64,000 nucleotides of DNA, taken from the NCBI GenBank assembly GCA_963840935.1, contig CAWJAS010000001.1, positions 512,875-576,874 on the forward strand, in the 5' to 3' direction. Made by a program: the position numbers and the translations under genes. The notes beneath the pieces are model-generated. The model was given only the letters and a program-made list of their open reading frames with translations, did not search any database and was not told the DNA's origin. This DNA is from Candidatus Magasanikiibacteriota bacterium. Its GTDB lineage: Bacteria > Patescibacteriota > Patescibacteriia > Magasanikbacterales > GWA2-37-8. Of this stretch, positions 9,024 through 18,376 are shown piece after piece; positions within the stretch are counted from its first letter, which is position 1, and every line of letters begins with the position of its first letter.

Positions 9024-9228
9024 GCAACGGGGAGCGACCCAACTGCTTGGGTCGCGAGTGGTATGAGAACGCCGGAGCGATGTTTGGTGAGCTTGCGAGC
9101 GAACCAAACCGCGATCCGCCAACTGGCGGAGGTGGCCAGACAAAATTTTCGGAAGAAAATTTTAGTCGAGACCGAATCCCGCCCCCGGAGCTTTGATATT
9201 TAACCCATTTCTATTGGGTTATTTTTTT
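9024..9228 (+). repeat. tRNA-3'-end fold-back unit 2 plus terminator hairpin
   Basis: Degenerate inverted tRNA 3' end (GCAACGGGG...GTGGTATGAGAAC), internal hairpins, CGAATCCCGCCCCCGGAGC (9173-9191, 18/19 to tRNA), then TAACCCA...TGGGTTA and a T tract. Confidence 0.8.
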
Positions 9229-9297
9229 CAAAGGTGAATGTAGTAGGATGATGAGGCTTGTGGTATAATTTAGGTATAAATTTTTAAAGTAAAAAAT

Positions 9298-9855
9298 ATG
9301 AGAAAAAAAATTATAATTTCGCTATTTATTATTTTCTCCGTTTTTGCGTTTTCCGGTTGTGGAAAAAAAGCAGAAAAAAATGATAGTGTAGAAAAATCTA
9401 TGGGAACTGTAACAGCGGATAAGAGTTCTGAAGCATCGGCGGAAGGCATCTGCGGAATTTTTACCAAAGATTTTGTTGCTTTGGCTACTGGCTTAAATAT
9501 TACGACAGCCGAAACATATACGATAGAAGGAGTGGAAAGTTCCAATTGCCGTTATTATGTCGATGGTAAAAAAATTGCGCCGGTTATCACTATCGGGAAA
9601 TTTAAAAATGATTTGGAAAAGGAAAAAAAGAAATATTTGGAACACCCACTTTTTAAGGGATGGAGAGTGTTAAAGAATGACGCGATTTCCATGGATAATC
9701 TTGTTACCTATAATGAGGTTGGGCAGTTGAGTGACATTTTTTTGATCACAGGAATAAATGAATATTATCGTTTGACCCTCTATTCTTATACAACCATTGG
9801 TATCAAAGAGATGCTTATATTAGCTTCGCAAGTGGAGAAGGAAATTGGCAAATAA
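9298..9855 (+). CDS. Hypothetical lipoprotein
   Basis: Signal peptide with lipobox-like FSGC. Confidence 0.65.
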   Translation: MRKKIIISLFIIFSVFAFSGCGKKAEKNDSVEKSMGTVTADKSSEASAEGICGIFTKDFVALATGLNITTAETYTIEGVESSNCRYYVDGKKIAPVITIGKFKNDLEKEKKKYLEHPLFKGWRVLKNDAISMDNLVTYNEVGQLSDIFLITGINEYYRLTLYSYTTIGIKEMLILASQVEKEIGK

Positions 9856-9948
9856 TGATAATTTTGCTACCATAAATAATGGTTGCGGCAGTAGTCGTTG
9901 TTTGTTTTATGCCAAAAATTGTAGAGTAAAAAAAATTTTTAATAAACT

Positions 9949-11235
9949 ATGAGTAATTTGAACAAAGAAAATATTGTTAAAAAAACGTCTGTTTTTTTTA
10001 GATTCTTTCGTCAAAATCCCAAGCGACAAGACAAAGTTTATGAGCAAATAAAAAATAACGCAAAATGTGACTATGATTTTTATGTCCTCACAATATTTGC
10101 TGCTATAATTATAACTCTTGGAATATTAATTAATTCGACGGCGGTTGTAATCGGCGGAATGCTTATAGCGCCATTAGTTTGGCCGATCATGGCAATGTCT
10201 GTGGGGATTGCCATGGGCAGAACCGCATTACTGCAAAAATCATTATTTGCTTTATTAAAAAGCATTTTAGTAATTATAGCGGTGTCAATAGTTTTTGGAT
10301 TTATAGTTCCGGAATTAGTTTTGGAAAATAACGAATTACTTGAAAGAACTTCGCCAACCATTCTCGAATTAGTAGTCGGTTTAGCGGCCGGTTTTATTGG
10401 GGCTTTTATTATTGCTTATCCAAAATTGGGTTCGGCCATTGCCGGAGTTGTGGTTGCGGCTGCGATTGTGCCACCGGTTTCAATCGTGGGCATTTCGCTG
10501 GCCAGAGGCGATTTCAATTCAGCCACGGGATAATTTCTATTGTTTTTATCAAATTTAATTGCTATTATTTTTGGGGCTGTTATTTTATTTTTGATATCTA
10601 ATTTTAGTACCAGAACCGAGAGAGCTGAAGAAGCGAGGGTCTCTGGTTTTAGATGGACAATGTTTTTATTGTTAATTATTATCATTCCTCTATTTTTTAT
10701 TACAAAACAAGCTGCTTTTGAGATAAAAACACACAATGTTTCAAAGGATGTTGTCGAATCTATTTTGGAAAACTCTGTTGTTAGCGATATCAAAACTCAA
10801 TTTAAAAATGAAATTTTGACGATTTGGTTAACAATACAATACAAAGAAAATATTTCCACATCGCAAGTCCAGGCGCTTGAAAGCATTATTTCCAAGAGGT
10901 TAGACACAGAAATAATTTTAAAAATTAAAGTAATACCGATAATTGATGCCGGTCAAGTTGTGCCAGATATATCAAACGATAATGTGTCGCCTTTATTTAT
11001 TGAATGCCCGGTAATAGTGAATGACTTATCAATTCAGCGTTATTACCCGAAAGAAATCGGTTGCCCCGCTTGTTTGAAAATTCTTTTGTGCGAAGATGGC
11101 AGAGAATATCCGGCAGAATTTTTTAACCAACAAACCGGTTATTGTGAAAAAATTATATATAAAGAGAATGCTCCCTGCGGAATTTTAGACAATACAAGTT
11201 CATCTACATCAGAAATAATTGATTCGGAGCAGTAA
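9949..11235 (+). pseudogene. DUF389/TIGR00341-like membrane protein interrupted by an in-frame TAA at 10531-10533
   Basis: NSTAVVIGGMLIAPL, ELLERTSPT, GVVVAAAIVPP; continues in the same frame after the stop as FLLFLSNLIAI. Confidence 0.75.
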
Positions 11236-11247
11236 TTCTAAAAATAA

Positions 11248-12444
11248 ATGAAAAAAATATTTTTTATAATTATTATAATAATTCTTGCCGGAATTGGCAT
11301 TTGGTTTGGTGCCAAAGGCATTATTTGGTATAAGGATTTTTCGGCGGAAAGAGCCTTTAATAAGGAACGGAACGAGGCGGTAGATAATTTAATCAACACA
11401 CGCATTGAAGAACAAAACAAAAATAGCGATTCCGACCCTTTTGGCGAAGATAATAAAATAAATATTTTATTGATTGGACTTGATAAAAGAATCGGCACAA
11501 CCAGTTCCGGTCATTGCGATGCAATTCAAATGGTTCAAATAGATAAAAACTCGCAAACCGTAACTTTGACCGCGGTTCCTCGCGGGACTTATTCACCACT
11601 GCCTCCGGGCAAGGGAACCACATCGTCCGACTATTATGTGTCTAACGCTTGCGATTTGGGAGGTTTGGAGTATGGCATTAATCAAATAGAAAAAATTCTT
11701 CGTCAAAAAGCCGACTATTTGGCTATTGTCGGGTTTTCCGAAACATTGGGAATACTTCGTAATTTAAAATTACCGACCACGGAAACTTTACAGTGGCTTC
11801 GCCATCGCCAAAGCTATCAAATCGGTGAACCGCAAAGAGCGCACAATCACTCAACATTCATCAAGCAAATGATGCTTGAACATATTCCGAAAGAGAGGTC
11901 GAGCTTTGACACAACATTGCAGTATTTGATTTATAGAAGATTAAAAACAGACCTGTCTTTCGCGCAAGTAAAAATTATAATTGATGACTTGTCGCAAATG
12001 AATTTGAGCGAGAATCCGGATAAAATTATTTTATCCATAAATCCGCCGTATCCGGTTGAAGACATTGCTTACGATAAAGACGCTTTACCGGACTATTTAA
12101 AAAATCGAATTGAACCGATTAAACATTTGCTTTCAAAGGATGATTTTTCCGGCATTGACAATGAAACCGCTCAAATAAAATTGATGGAAATGATAGAAAA
12201 GAATATTGATAATGATGAATTTTCTATTTGGGCTTTTGAAAATTATCTTTGGCTTCAAATCGATGATGACGAAAGGCGACTAGAGGCACAATATGATTTC
12301 TTGGTTAAATACATGTCAACGATTGATGATATTAAACAACGAGAGGTTTTGATTGCCGATTATATTCTGGAGATGGAGCATTATGAAGAATTATATTGGG
12401 CGCAGGAAGGAAGAATTTTAATGGAAAAAGAACTGGGCTATTAA
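11248..12444 (+). CDS. LCP (LytR-CpsA-Psr)-like protein with divergent motifs
   Basis: N-terminal TM; KINILLIGLDKR..HCDAIQMVQI..VTLTAVPRGTY; WLRHRQ...QRAHN. Confidence 0.7.
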   Translation: MKKIFFIIIIIILAGIGIWFGAKGIIWYKDFSAERAFNKERNEAVDNLINTRIEEQNKNSDSDPFGEDNKINILLIGLDKRIGTTSSGHCDAIQMVQIDKNSQTVTLTAVPRGTYSPLPPGKGTTSSDYYVSNACDLGGLEYGINQIEKILRQKADYLAIVGFSETLGILRNLKLPTTETLQWLRHRQSYQIGEPQRAHNHSTFIKQMMLEHIPKERSSFDTTLQYLIYRRLKTDLSFAQVKIIIDDLSQMNLSENPDKIILSINPPYPVEDIAYDKDALPDYLKNRIEPIKHLLSKDDFSGIDNETAQIKLMEMIEKNIDNDEFSIWAFENYLWLQIDDDERRLEAQYDFLVKYMSTIDDIKQREVLIADYILEMEHYEELYWAQEGRILMEKELGY

Positions 12445-12470
12445 AAACATATATATTTAAATATAGAAAC

Positions 12471-12499
12471 AAAAAACAGACCATTGAGGTCTGTTTTTT
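12471..12499. terminator. Bidirectional terminator between convergent genes
   Basis: AAAAAACAGACC-ATTGA-GGTCTGTTTTTT. Confidence 0.8.
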
Positions 12500-12503
12500 A
12501 GAA

Positions 12504-13123
12504 TTATTTTTTCTTCTTGGCTGTCGCTTTTTTTGCGACGGGTTTGGCTTTAGAAATTGTTTTTACTGGTTTTTCTTTTTTGGCGGTTTTTTTATCTGTT
12601 GCCGCAAAACTGGTTTTGCTATTTTTACCGGTTTTTCTTCAACTAATTTTACCGTTTGAGTTGCCGGTGCGTTTGGAGAAAGCAGTTTAATCAATTTATC
12701 CAGCTTCTCGTTCAACATTTTGAATTGAGCGGAATTATCGGAGCTACCTTTGGCGCTCACACCGCCTTTATCAAAACATTTGTCGCAGAAAACTTGCTTA
12801 CCGTGAGTCGGTCGAAACGGCACTTGGCATTTTGCTCCACATTTGGAACAAACCGCGTCGTGCATTTGTTTGTTTTCAAAGCTCGGTCGATCACGTCTTT
12901 GATCTCTGCCACCAAATCTACTTGGTCTGTCACTGCCTCCGCCTTGTTTTTTGAAACAGTCGTTGCAAAACACCGGTCGGTCGCCTGTTGGCTTAAACGG
13001 CAATTCGCATTCACGTCCGCAATCACTGCAAACGGCTTTAAATGTGCCTTGTCTGCCACCGTCTCGGTCTCCGCCGAAGCTTCTGCCACCACCAAATCTC
13101 TTTCCCTTGTTGAATCTGTCCAT
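12504..13123 (-). CDS. CxxC-x17-CxxC domain protein (two repeats), with an apparent frameshift in the Lys/Ala-rich tail
   Basis: AVCSDCGRECELPFKPTGDRPVFCNDCF and AVCSKCGAKCQVPFRPTHGKQVFCDKCF. ATG at 13123. As read it stops at 12563; an alternative frame after about 12606 gives AATDKKTAKKEKPVKTISKAKPVAKKATAKKKK* ending at 12504. Confidence 0.8.
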
Positions 13124-13300
13124 ATATTGGGTTTTAATTAGCAATACCTTTAATCGATGGATTATAGCATAGTTATGGGTAAAAAGCAATAGTGGCGATA
13201 GAAAATTCAAATTTGAGCCAAAAACAACTTGAAAGTTATCCACATCTGTGCTAGGGTTTATCTAGGTTATTTATTAATTAATATAAATATAAATCAAGTC

Positions 13301-14104
13301 ATAGACGCAAAAAGATTGGAAGATTGGAATAAAGTTAAGAAAAATCTTCCGATTGTGCTGATTATTTTAGTGATTGCCGTTGGAATTTTTAACGCGGTCG
13401 GAACTATTGGCGCCGGTGAAAGGGGAGTACTTTTGCAATTCGGCGCGGTTAAAGACAAGGTGTTTGGCGAGGGATTATATTTTAAAATTCCATTCGTGCA
13501 GGAAGTTCATACAATGGATGTTAAAATTCAAAAAGATGAAGTACCGGCGAGCGCTTCATCAAAAGATTTGCAGATTGTCACATCAAAAATCGCCATCAAC
13601 TATCACTTGGATCCGGAAAAGGTTAATAGAATCTGGCAAGAAGTCGGTAAGGATTACAATGACAGAATTATCGCTCCGGCTATTCAAGAGGCGATAAAAG
13701 CGACCACGGCCAAATTCACGGCTGAAGAATTGATAGTAAAGCGAGAAGATGTTAAAGAACAGATAAAATTAAATTTGCTTGAAAGATTGCGCGACAACTA
13801 TATTACCGTTGATGAAATTAACATTACTTCGTTTGATTTTTCCAAAGCGTTTAATGACGCGATTGAAGCGAAAGTGACGGCCGAACAATTAAAATTAAAA
13901 TCAGAGCGAGATTTGGAAAGAATAAGAATTGAAGCAGACCAAAGAGTGGTGGAAGCGGAAGGCAAAGCAAAGGCCATCAAAACCGAAGCCCAAGCATTGT
14001 CCGCCAACGCCAAAGTGGTTGAACTTAGATGGATTGAAAAATGGGACGGCAAAACTCCAATGTATTGGGGCGGTGCCACTCCGTTTATTGGCATTAATAA
14101 TTAA
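13301..14104 (+). CDS. SPFH/prohibitin-family protein (start uncertain)
   Basis: GERGVLLQFG..EGLYFKIPFVQ, SKDLQIV, FSKAFNDAIEAK, WIEKWDG. No ATG near the start; ATA at 13301 or TTG at 13316. Confidence 0.85.
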   Translation: MDAKRLEDWNKVKKNLPIVLIILVIAVGIFNAVGTIGAGERGVLLQFGAVKDKVFGEGLYFKIPFVQEVHTMDVKIQKDEVPASASSKDLQIVTSKIAINYHLDPEKVNRIWQEVGKDYNDRIIAPAIQEAIKATTAKFTAEELIVKREDVKEQIKLNLLERLRDNYITVDEINITSFDFSKAFNDAIEAKVTAEQLKLKSERDLERIRIEADQRVVEAEGKAKAIKTEAQALSANAKVVELRWIEKWDGKTPMYWGGATPFIGINN

Positions 14105-14119
14105 ACTGACAACCAGATT

Positions 14120-14148
14120 AAAAAACCCCGTTTTGAACGGGGTTTTTT
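14120..14148. terminator. Bidirectional terminator
   Basis: AAAAAACCCCGTT-TTG-AACGGGGTTTTTT. Confidence 0.8.
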
Positions 14149-15816
14149 TTAATATCTTTTTTTATTTTGTTGTTGCCGTAACTCCGCGAACAAACGCGAC
14201 GTTAATCTTTTTCTTTTTATTATTTCCGCTATCCAATCTCCACCAATCACATGGGGCATCATGGTGTAATCAGCGCCCGCCCTGTAAAGAGTTTCAGCGT
14301 CTTCTGCCTGATAGGCGCTCGCGATAATTTGAGCTCGCGGGTTAATTTTACGCACATGATTTATTAAATTAAGCTGGTCGTCGGCAGAGGGAATGGTCAT
14401 GATAATCAGGTCGGCTCCGCCCATGTGCAGATTTTCCAAAAATTCCACATCAGAAATATCGCCAAAAATAGCGTGGATTTTTTTTCTTTTCAAATGCTCG
14501 ATTACTTTCGGGTCAAAATCAATAACGCAAAATTTTGATTTGTTTTCTTTCAGCGCGTCGCATACTTTGGCGCCAATACGATGGCATCCAACGAGCCATA
14601 TATCGTAATTTGATGGCAATTTATTTATTTGTCTGTATTTATCAGGCCCAAATAAATTGAAAAAAGGTAAAAGAAAATTGTATATTTTTTCGCTGTTAAT
14701 TATTAAATAGGACGAAACAAAAATGGTTAAAATCGCCACCATGGTAAAAATCGGCACAACCTCGGAATTCAAATGACCGATTTGGCGACCGGTGAAAAGT
14801 ATGACAAAACCAAATTCACTCACTTGGGCGGCGGTCAGTCCGGCCAAAAAGCTGTTCCGCCTGGTGAATTTGAGCATCCGGAAAAGAAAATATAATATGA
14901 GCGGATTGCCGATTAAAATAAATAAAGAAAGAGCAACTCCCGGCAACCAAATATCACTGATTGAAGCTAGCGTCATTTCACTGCCAAGCAAAATAAAAAA
15001 CATTATCAAAAAGAAATCGCGCAAAGGCTTTATTCGGCTGGCAATTTCCGGTTGATAGGGCGATGAACTTAATGTGATACCAGCAATTATTGCGCCAATT
15101 TCGATGGAAAATCCGGCCAAATACAGAGCGCTTGCCATACCAAAACACCAGCTGATGGTGAAAATAAATAAAAGTTCGCTTGAATAAGAAATTTTATTCA
15201 AAAACCAAGGCAAAGCGTATTTGGTTGCCACCAAAAGAAAAGCCATGATCAAGGCAATTTTTGCAATTAGCAAAGAGACGGAATTAATTGCCCCGTGCCC
15301 GCTCACAAACACGCCAATTCCGACCATTAATAATACGGCGATAATGTCTTGGACTATCATTAAACCGATGGTGTGACGGCCATAAACCGTTTCAGTGTCT
15401 TTTTTATCCATCAACAACTTCATTATAATAATGGTGCTGGAAAAAGTGATTGCCACGGCCAAATAGACCGCGCTCATTACGGGCATTTTTAAAACCATTA
15501 AAAGCAAGAAACCAACAACTGAAGTGAAAATCACTTGGCCGATTCCGGTAAAAAAAGATGCTTTGCCAATGCTTTTTAAATGACGAAAATTAAGATTCAA
15601 TCCGATAATAAAAAGCAAAAGAACAATGCCGAATTGGGCAAAGGCCTCGTACATAGCGTGCTCGCCGTGCAAAATATTAAAAAACATCGGCCCAACGGTG
15701 ATGCCCGCGATGATATAGCCGACTATTAACGGTTGTTTGAGAAGGCGAATAACAAAAGCAATCACTACGGCCACGGCAAGAATGGCGCTGATTTGCAAAA
15801 AAATATTATCAAACAT
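14149..15816 (-). CDS. CPA2/Kef-type cation:proton antiporter with C-terminal TrkA-N (RCK) domain
   Basis: About 13 TM, LKQPLIVGYII, FSSTIII, IVQDI, QVSEFGF; LVGCHRIG..IDFDP..FGDISD. Confidence 0.9.
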   Translation of the reverse strand: MFDNIFLQISAILAVAVVIAFVIRLLKQPLIVGYIIAGITVGPMFFNILHGEHAMYEAFAQFGIVLLLFIIGLNLNFRHLKSIGKASFFTGIGQVIFTSVVGFLLLMVLKMPVMSAVYLAVAITFSSTIIIMKLLMDKKDTETVYGRHTIGLMIVQDIIAVLLMVGIGVFVSGHGAINSVSLLIAKIALIMAFLLVATKYALPWFLNKISYSSELLFIFTISWCFGMASALYLAGFSIEIGAIIAGITLSSSPYQPEIASRIKPLRDFFLIMFFILLGSEMTLASISDIWLPGVALSLFILIGNPLILYFLFRMLKFTRRNSFLAGLTAAQVSEFGFVILFTGRQIGHLNSEVVPIFTMVAILTIFVSSYLIINSEKIYNFLLPFFNLFGPDKYRQINKLPSNYDIWLVGCHRIGAKVCDALKENKSKFCVIDFDPKVIEHLKRKKIHAIFGDISDVEFLENLHMGGADLIIMTIPSADDQLNLINHVRKINPRAQIIASAYQAEDAETLYRAGADYTMMPHVIGGDWIAEIIKRKRLTSRLFAELRQQQNKKRY

Positions 15817-15958
15817 GTTTATTAATTATTGAGTGAATATATTATACCAAAAAATAATAATTTTTCATATATTCAATCCTTGTGTATATTTCTTTGACTT
15901 TTAACGCGGATTTGATACTATTAAATATGGTGGATTAATTCATTTAATCGCAAACAAT

Positions 15959-17641
15959 ATGGAAGAAAAACAAACAGCAAGTAATAACATGGTTGGCAGG
16001 ATAATTTTTTTCGTTTTCATTGCCGTAATTCTGGGTTTATTTTGGTATTTTAGCCGTGGCGAAAAAACAGATATTGCCAGCCAAAACGAAGAAAGCACGG
16101 CCATCAGGGGTAGTATTGTGTATGTTGATGGGGCTGTGGAATACAAAGAAAAGGACGGGGATTGGAAAAGAGCGGAATTGAATACAGATATAAAAGAAGG
16201 GAATTCAGTAGAAATTGTGGGCGAGGGGAAAGCAATCATTAATCTTGACGACGGTTCCGCGGTTCGCATGGACAGCGATTCACTAGTCGAATTTACATCA
16301 CTTGAACCGAATCACATATTAATCACGAATAACAACGGCCAAGTTTATACTCGCGTAGCAAAATTAACCGACAGAGTTTTCGAGGTGTCGGCAGGCGATG
16401 TTATTTATGAGTCAATGGGAACAGCGTACAAAACAATCAATAAAGAAAAAATAAAAGGGGTGGAAGTTTATCAAAGTAAAGTTAAAATAAAAGGAGCGAC
16501 TGAAGATGAGGTGGTGGTTGAAGAGGGGAATAAATATTTGGTACAAAACGACGCGGACAAAAAAATTGAAAAAACAATAGTTAAAATTGCCGTGGCGGAC
16601 ACGGAAAAAGATGAGTTTGTAAAATGGAATATGGCGGAAGATGAAAAAATGACGCAAAGCGATGGTGATGAAACCGCCGAGTCGGCATCGACAAGCGAAA
16701 CCACGCTTGAAGAAGAAACTGCGGTTGTGGTCGAAAATACCGAGGCAACATCCGATGGAATAGTGCTGGTTGGCAAACAAGTTTCCGATGGAGTAAGTTT
16801 GACTTGGACAGTAAACGGACTCGAAACACCCGACGGATTCAAAGTTGTGAGAAGTTTAACCACAGACCCTGTTTACCCGGGTGATAATTATTACTATTTA
16901 TCTTCACCCGACGCGCGAGCGCATAAATGGGCGGTTAAAGACGGAAAAACATATTATTTTCGAGTTTGCCAATATATTGACGGTAAATGCGTGTTATACA
17001 GCAATAACGTAAAAGTGACCGCGCCGAAAACGACCGAAACAACAACCTCAAACAGCGGGGATGTTACATCTCTTTCAATCAGTCATGTTGGTAGTGGAAA
17101 AGTATCTTGGACTTTAAAGGGTTATTCAGACCAAGGTTTTAAAGTGGTTTGGTCAAAGAATTCCGGTCCGACCTATCCAACCAGAAGCGGAGACAAATAT
17201 TTGTATTATTCGGACCCGGCGCAAAGAAACGCTGTGGTTACCGCTTTTGACGGTTACGGAACATATTATGTGCGCGTCTGTGAGTATTTGGGCGGAAAAT
17301 GCGGAGTTTATTCCAATCAGATTACCGTAACACTGGGCACTCCGGAAGAGACATCCGGTGGAGATGTGTCCTCAATTTCTTTAACATCGCTTGGTGGCGG
17401 AGATGTGCGCTGGAAAACAAGCGGTTATTCTGAAAGCGGATATAAGTTGGTTTGGTCCAAGAATTCAAGTCCGACTTACCCGTGCCGAAGCGGGGACAAA
17501 TATGCTTATTACAGCGACCCAGAAACAGTAACCGGCGAAATTAGCGCTTTTGATGGAGAGGGCAAATATTATGTGAGAGTTTGCGAATATTTGGGCGGAA
17601 AATGCGGTGTTTATTCAAATCAAATTGAAATTACATTATAA
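15959..17641 (+). CDS. Membrane-anchored surface protein: FecR-like domain, acidic linker, three FN3-like repeats
   Basis: G.SVEIVGEGKAIINLDDGSAVRMDSDS (FecR-like); three repeats with GFKVVWSKN..PTYP and YYVRVCEYLGGKCGVYSN. Confidence 0.7.
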   Translation: MEEKQTASNNMVGRIIFFVFIAVILGLFWYFSRGEKTDIASQNEESTAIRGSIVYVDGAVEYKEKDGDWKRAELNTDIKEGNSVEIVGEGKAIINLDDGSAVRMDSDSLVEFTSLEPNHILITNNNGQVYTRVAKLTDRVFEVSAGDVIYESMGTAYKTINKEKIKGVEVYQSKVKIKGATEDEVVVEEGNKYLVQNDADKKIEKTIVKIAVADTEKDEFVKWNMAEDEKMTQSDGDETAESASTSETTLEEETAVVVENTEATSDGIVLVGKQVSDGVSLTWTVNGLETPDGFKVVRSLTTDPVYPGDNYYYLSSPDARAHKWAVKDGKTYYFRVCQYIDGKCVLYSNNVKVTAPKTTETTTSNSGDVTSLSISHVGSGKVSWTLKGYSDQGFKVVWSKNSGPTYPTRSGDKYLYYSDPAQRNAVVTAFDGYGTYYVRVCEYLGGKCGVYSNQITVTLGTPEETSGGDVSSISLTSLGGGDVRWKTSGYSESGYKLVWSKNSSPTYPCRSGDKYAYYSDPETVTGEISAFDGEGKYYVRVCEYLGGKCGVYSNQIEITL

Positions 17642-17645
17642 ATAT

Positions 17646-18179
17646 ATGAATAGAGATAAGATTTTCGCCATTGCCACCATCGCTCTTGCCATTTGCGTGT
17701 TTGCATTTTTCGTCATTTCCGGACGACCGGTAAATAACGGGGATAATAACGCTGATTTGGCCTCAGAAAACCAAGAAGTTTTGACAGAGGAATCTGTTGC
17801 TACCGATGAAACGGCAACAACCACCCCAACGAGCACTCCGGAAGAAACAACAGTGAAAAAAACAACACCGGTTAAAACAACAACGCCGGCGCCCGGGGCG
17901 ATTACACAGTCTTACGCGGACGCGTTAAAAATTTACAGCACGAGCGGATATAGATTTCAATTTGTGAACTGCAAGGCAACTCCCGGAAAATTTACTATTA
18001 AGAAAGGCGCCAAATTCATGCTTGATAACCGCGATAATGTGGCACACAAAATCAAAGTCGGGTCTGTTAATTACAATATTGGCGCCTATGGCTTTGCCAT
18101 AGCGACAGCCAAGACTTTGGGATTGAATTACATCACTTGCGATGGCGGAGGAGCGGCTCAAATTCAAGTTGAACCGTAA
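17646..18179 (+). CDS. Hypothetical membrane-anchored protein with Thr/Pro linker and small beta domain
   Basis: In-frame ATG at 17646, N-terminal TM, TTTPTSTP linker. Confidence 0.6.
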   Translation: MNRDKIFAIATIALAICVFAFFVISGRPVNNGDNNADLASENQEVLTEESVATDETATTTPTSTPEETTVKKTTPVKTTTPAPGAITQSYADALKIYSTSGYRFQFVNCKATPGKFTIKKGAKFMLDNRDNVAHKIKVGSVNYNIGAYGFAIATAKTLGLNYITCDGGGAAQIQVEP

Positions 18180-18197
18180 AAATTTGCGATAATATAC

Positions 18198-18226
18198 AAA
18201 AAAACCCTGTTTTGCAGGGTTTTTTT
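18198..18226. terminator. Bidirectional terminator
   Basis: AAAAAAACCCTG-TTTTG-CAGGGTTTTTTT between the 17646 gene and the small minus-strand ORF. Confidence 0.8.
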
Positions 18227-18233
18227 GGTGTTT

Positions 18234-18347
18234 TTAGTAATTGACTTTTCGCTTTTCGCGAAGTTTTTTTGTTTGAGAAGCAAGTTTTTTGCCCATTTTG
18301 GTGTTTTTTCTGGCGTGCTTGATTCTGCTTTTTAAGGCGCTATTCAT
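18234..18347 (-). CDS. Unannotated 37-aa highly basic small protein MNSALKSRIKHARKNTKMGKKLASQTKKLREKRKVNY
   Basis: ATG to TAA, translated by hand; consensus promoter upstream and terminator downstream. Confidence 0.7.
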   Translation of the reverse strand: MNSALKSRIKHARKNTKMGKKLASQTKKLREKRKVNY

Positions 18348-18376
18348 AATTTATGGATTATTTGAACACAATATTT

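Noticed and set aside
8348-9143. ORFs 8348-8620 (+) and 8904-9143 (-)
   Set aside because: They run through the promoter, tRNA fragments and palindromes (PPAGG and LRQLAD/E are translations of the palindrome); no protein features.
8489-9191. CRISPR array
   Set aside because: The repeats are tRNA fragments and palindromes with irregular spacing; there are no uniform spacers and no cas genes.
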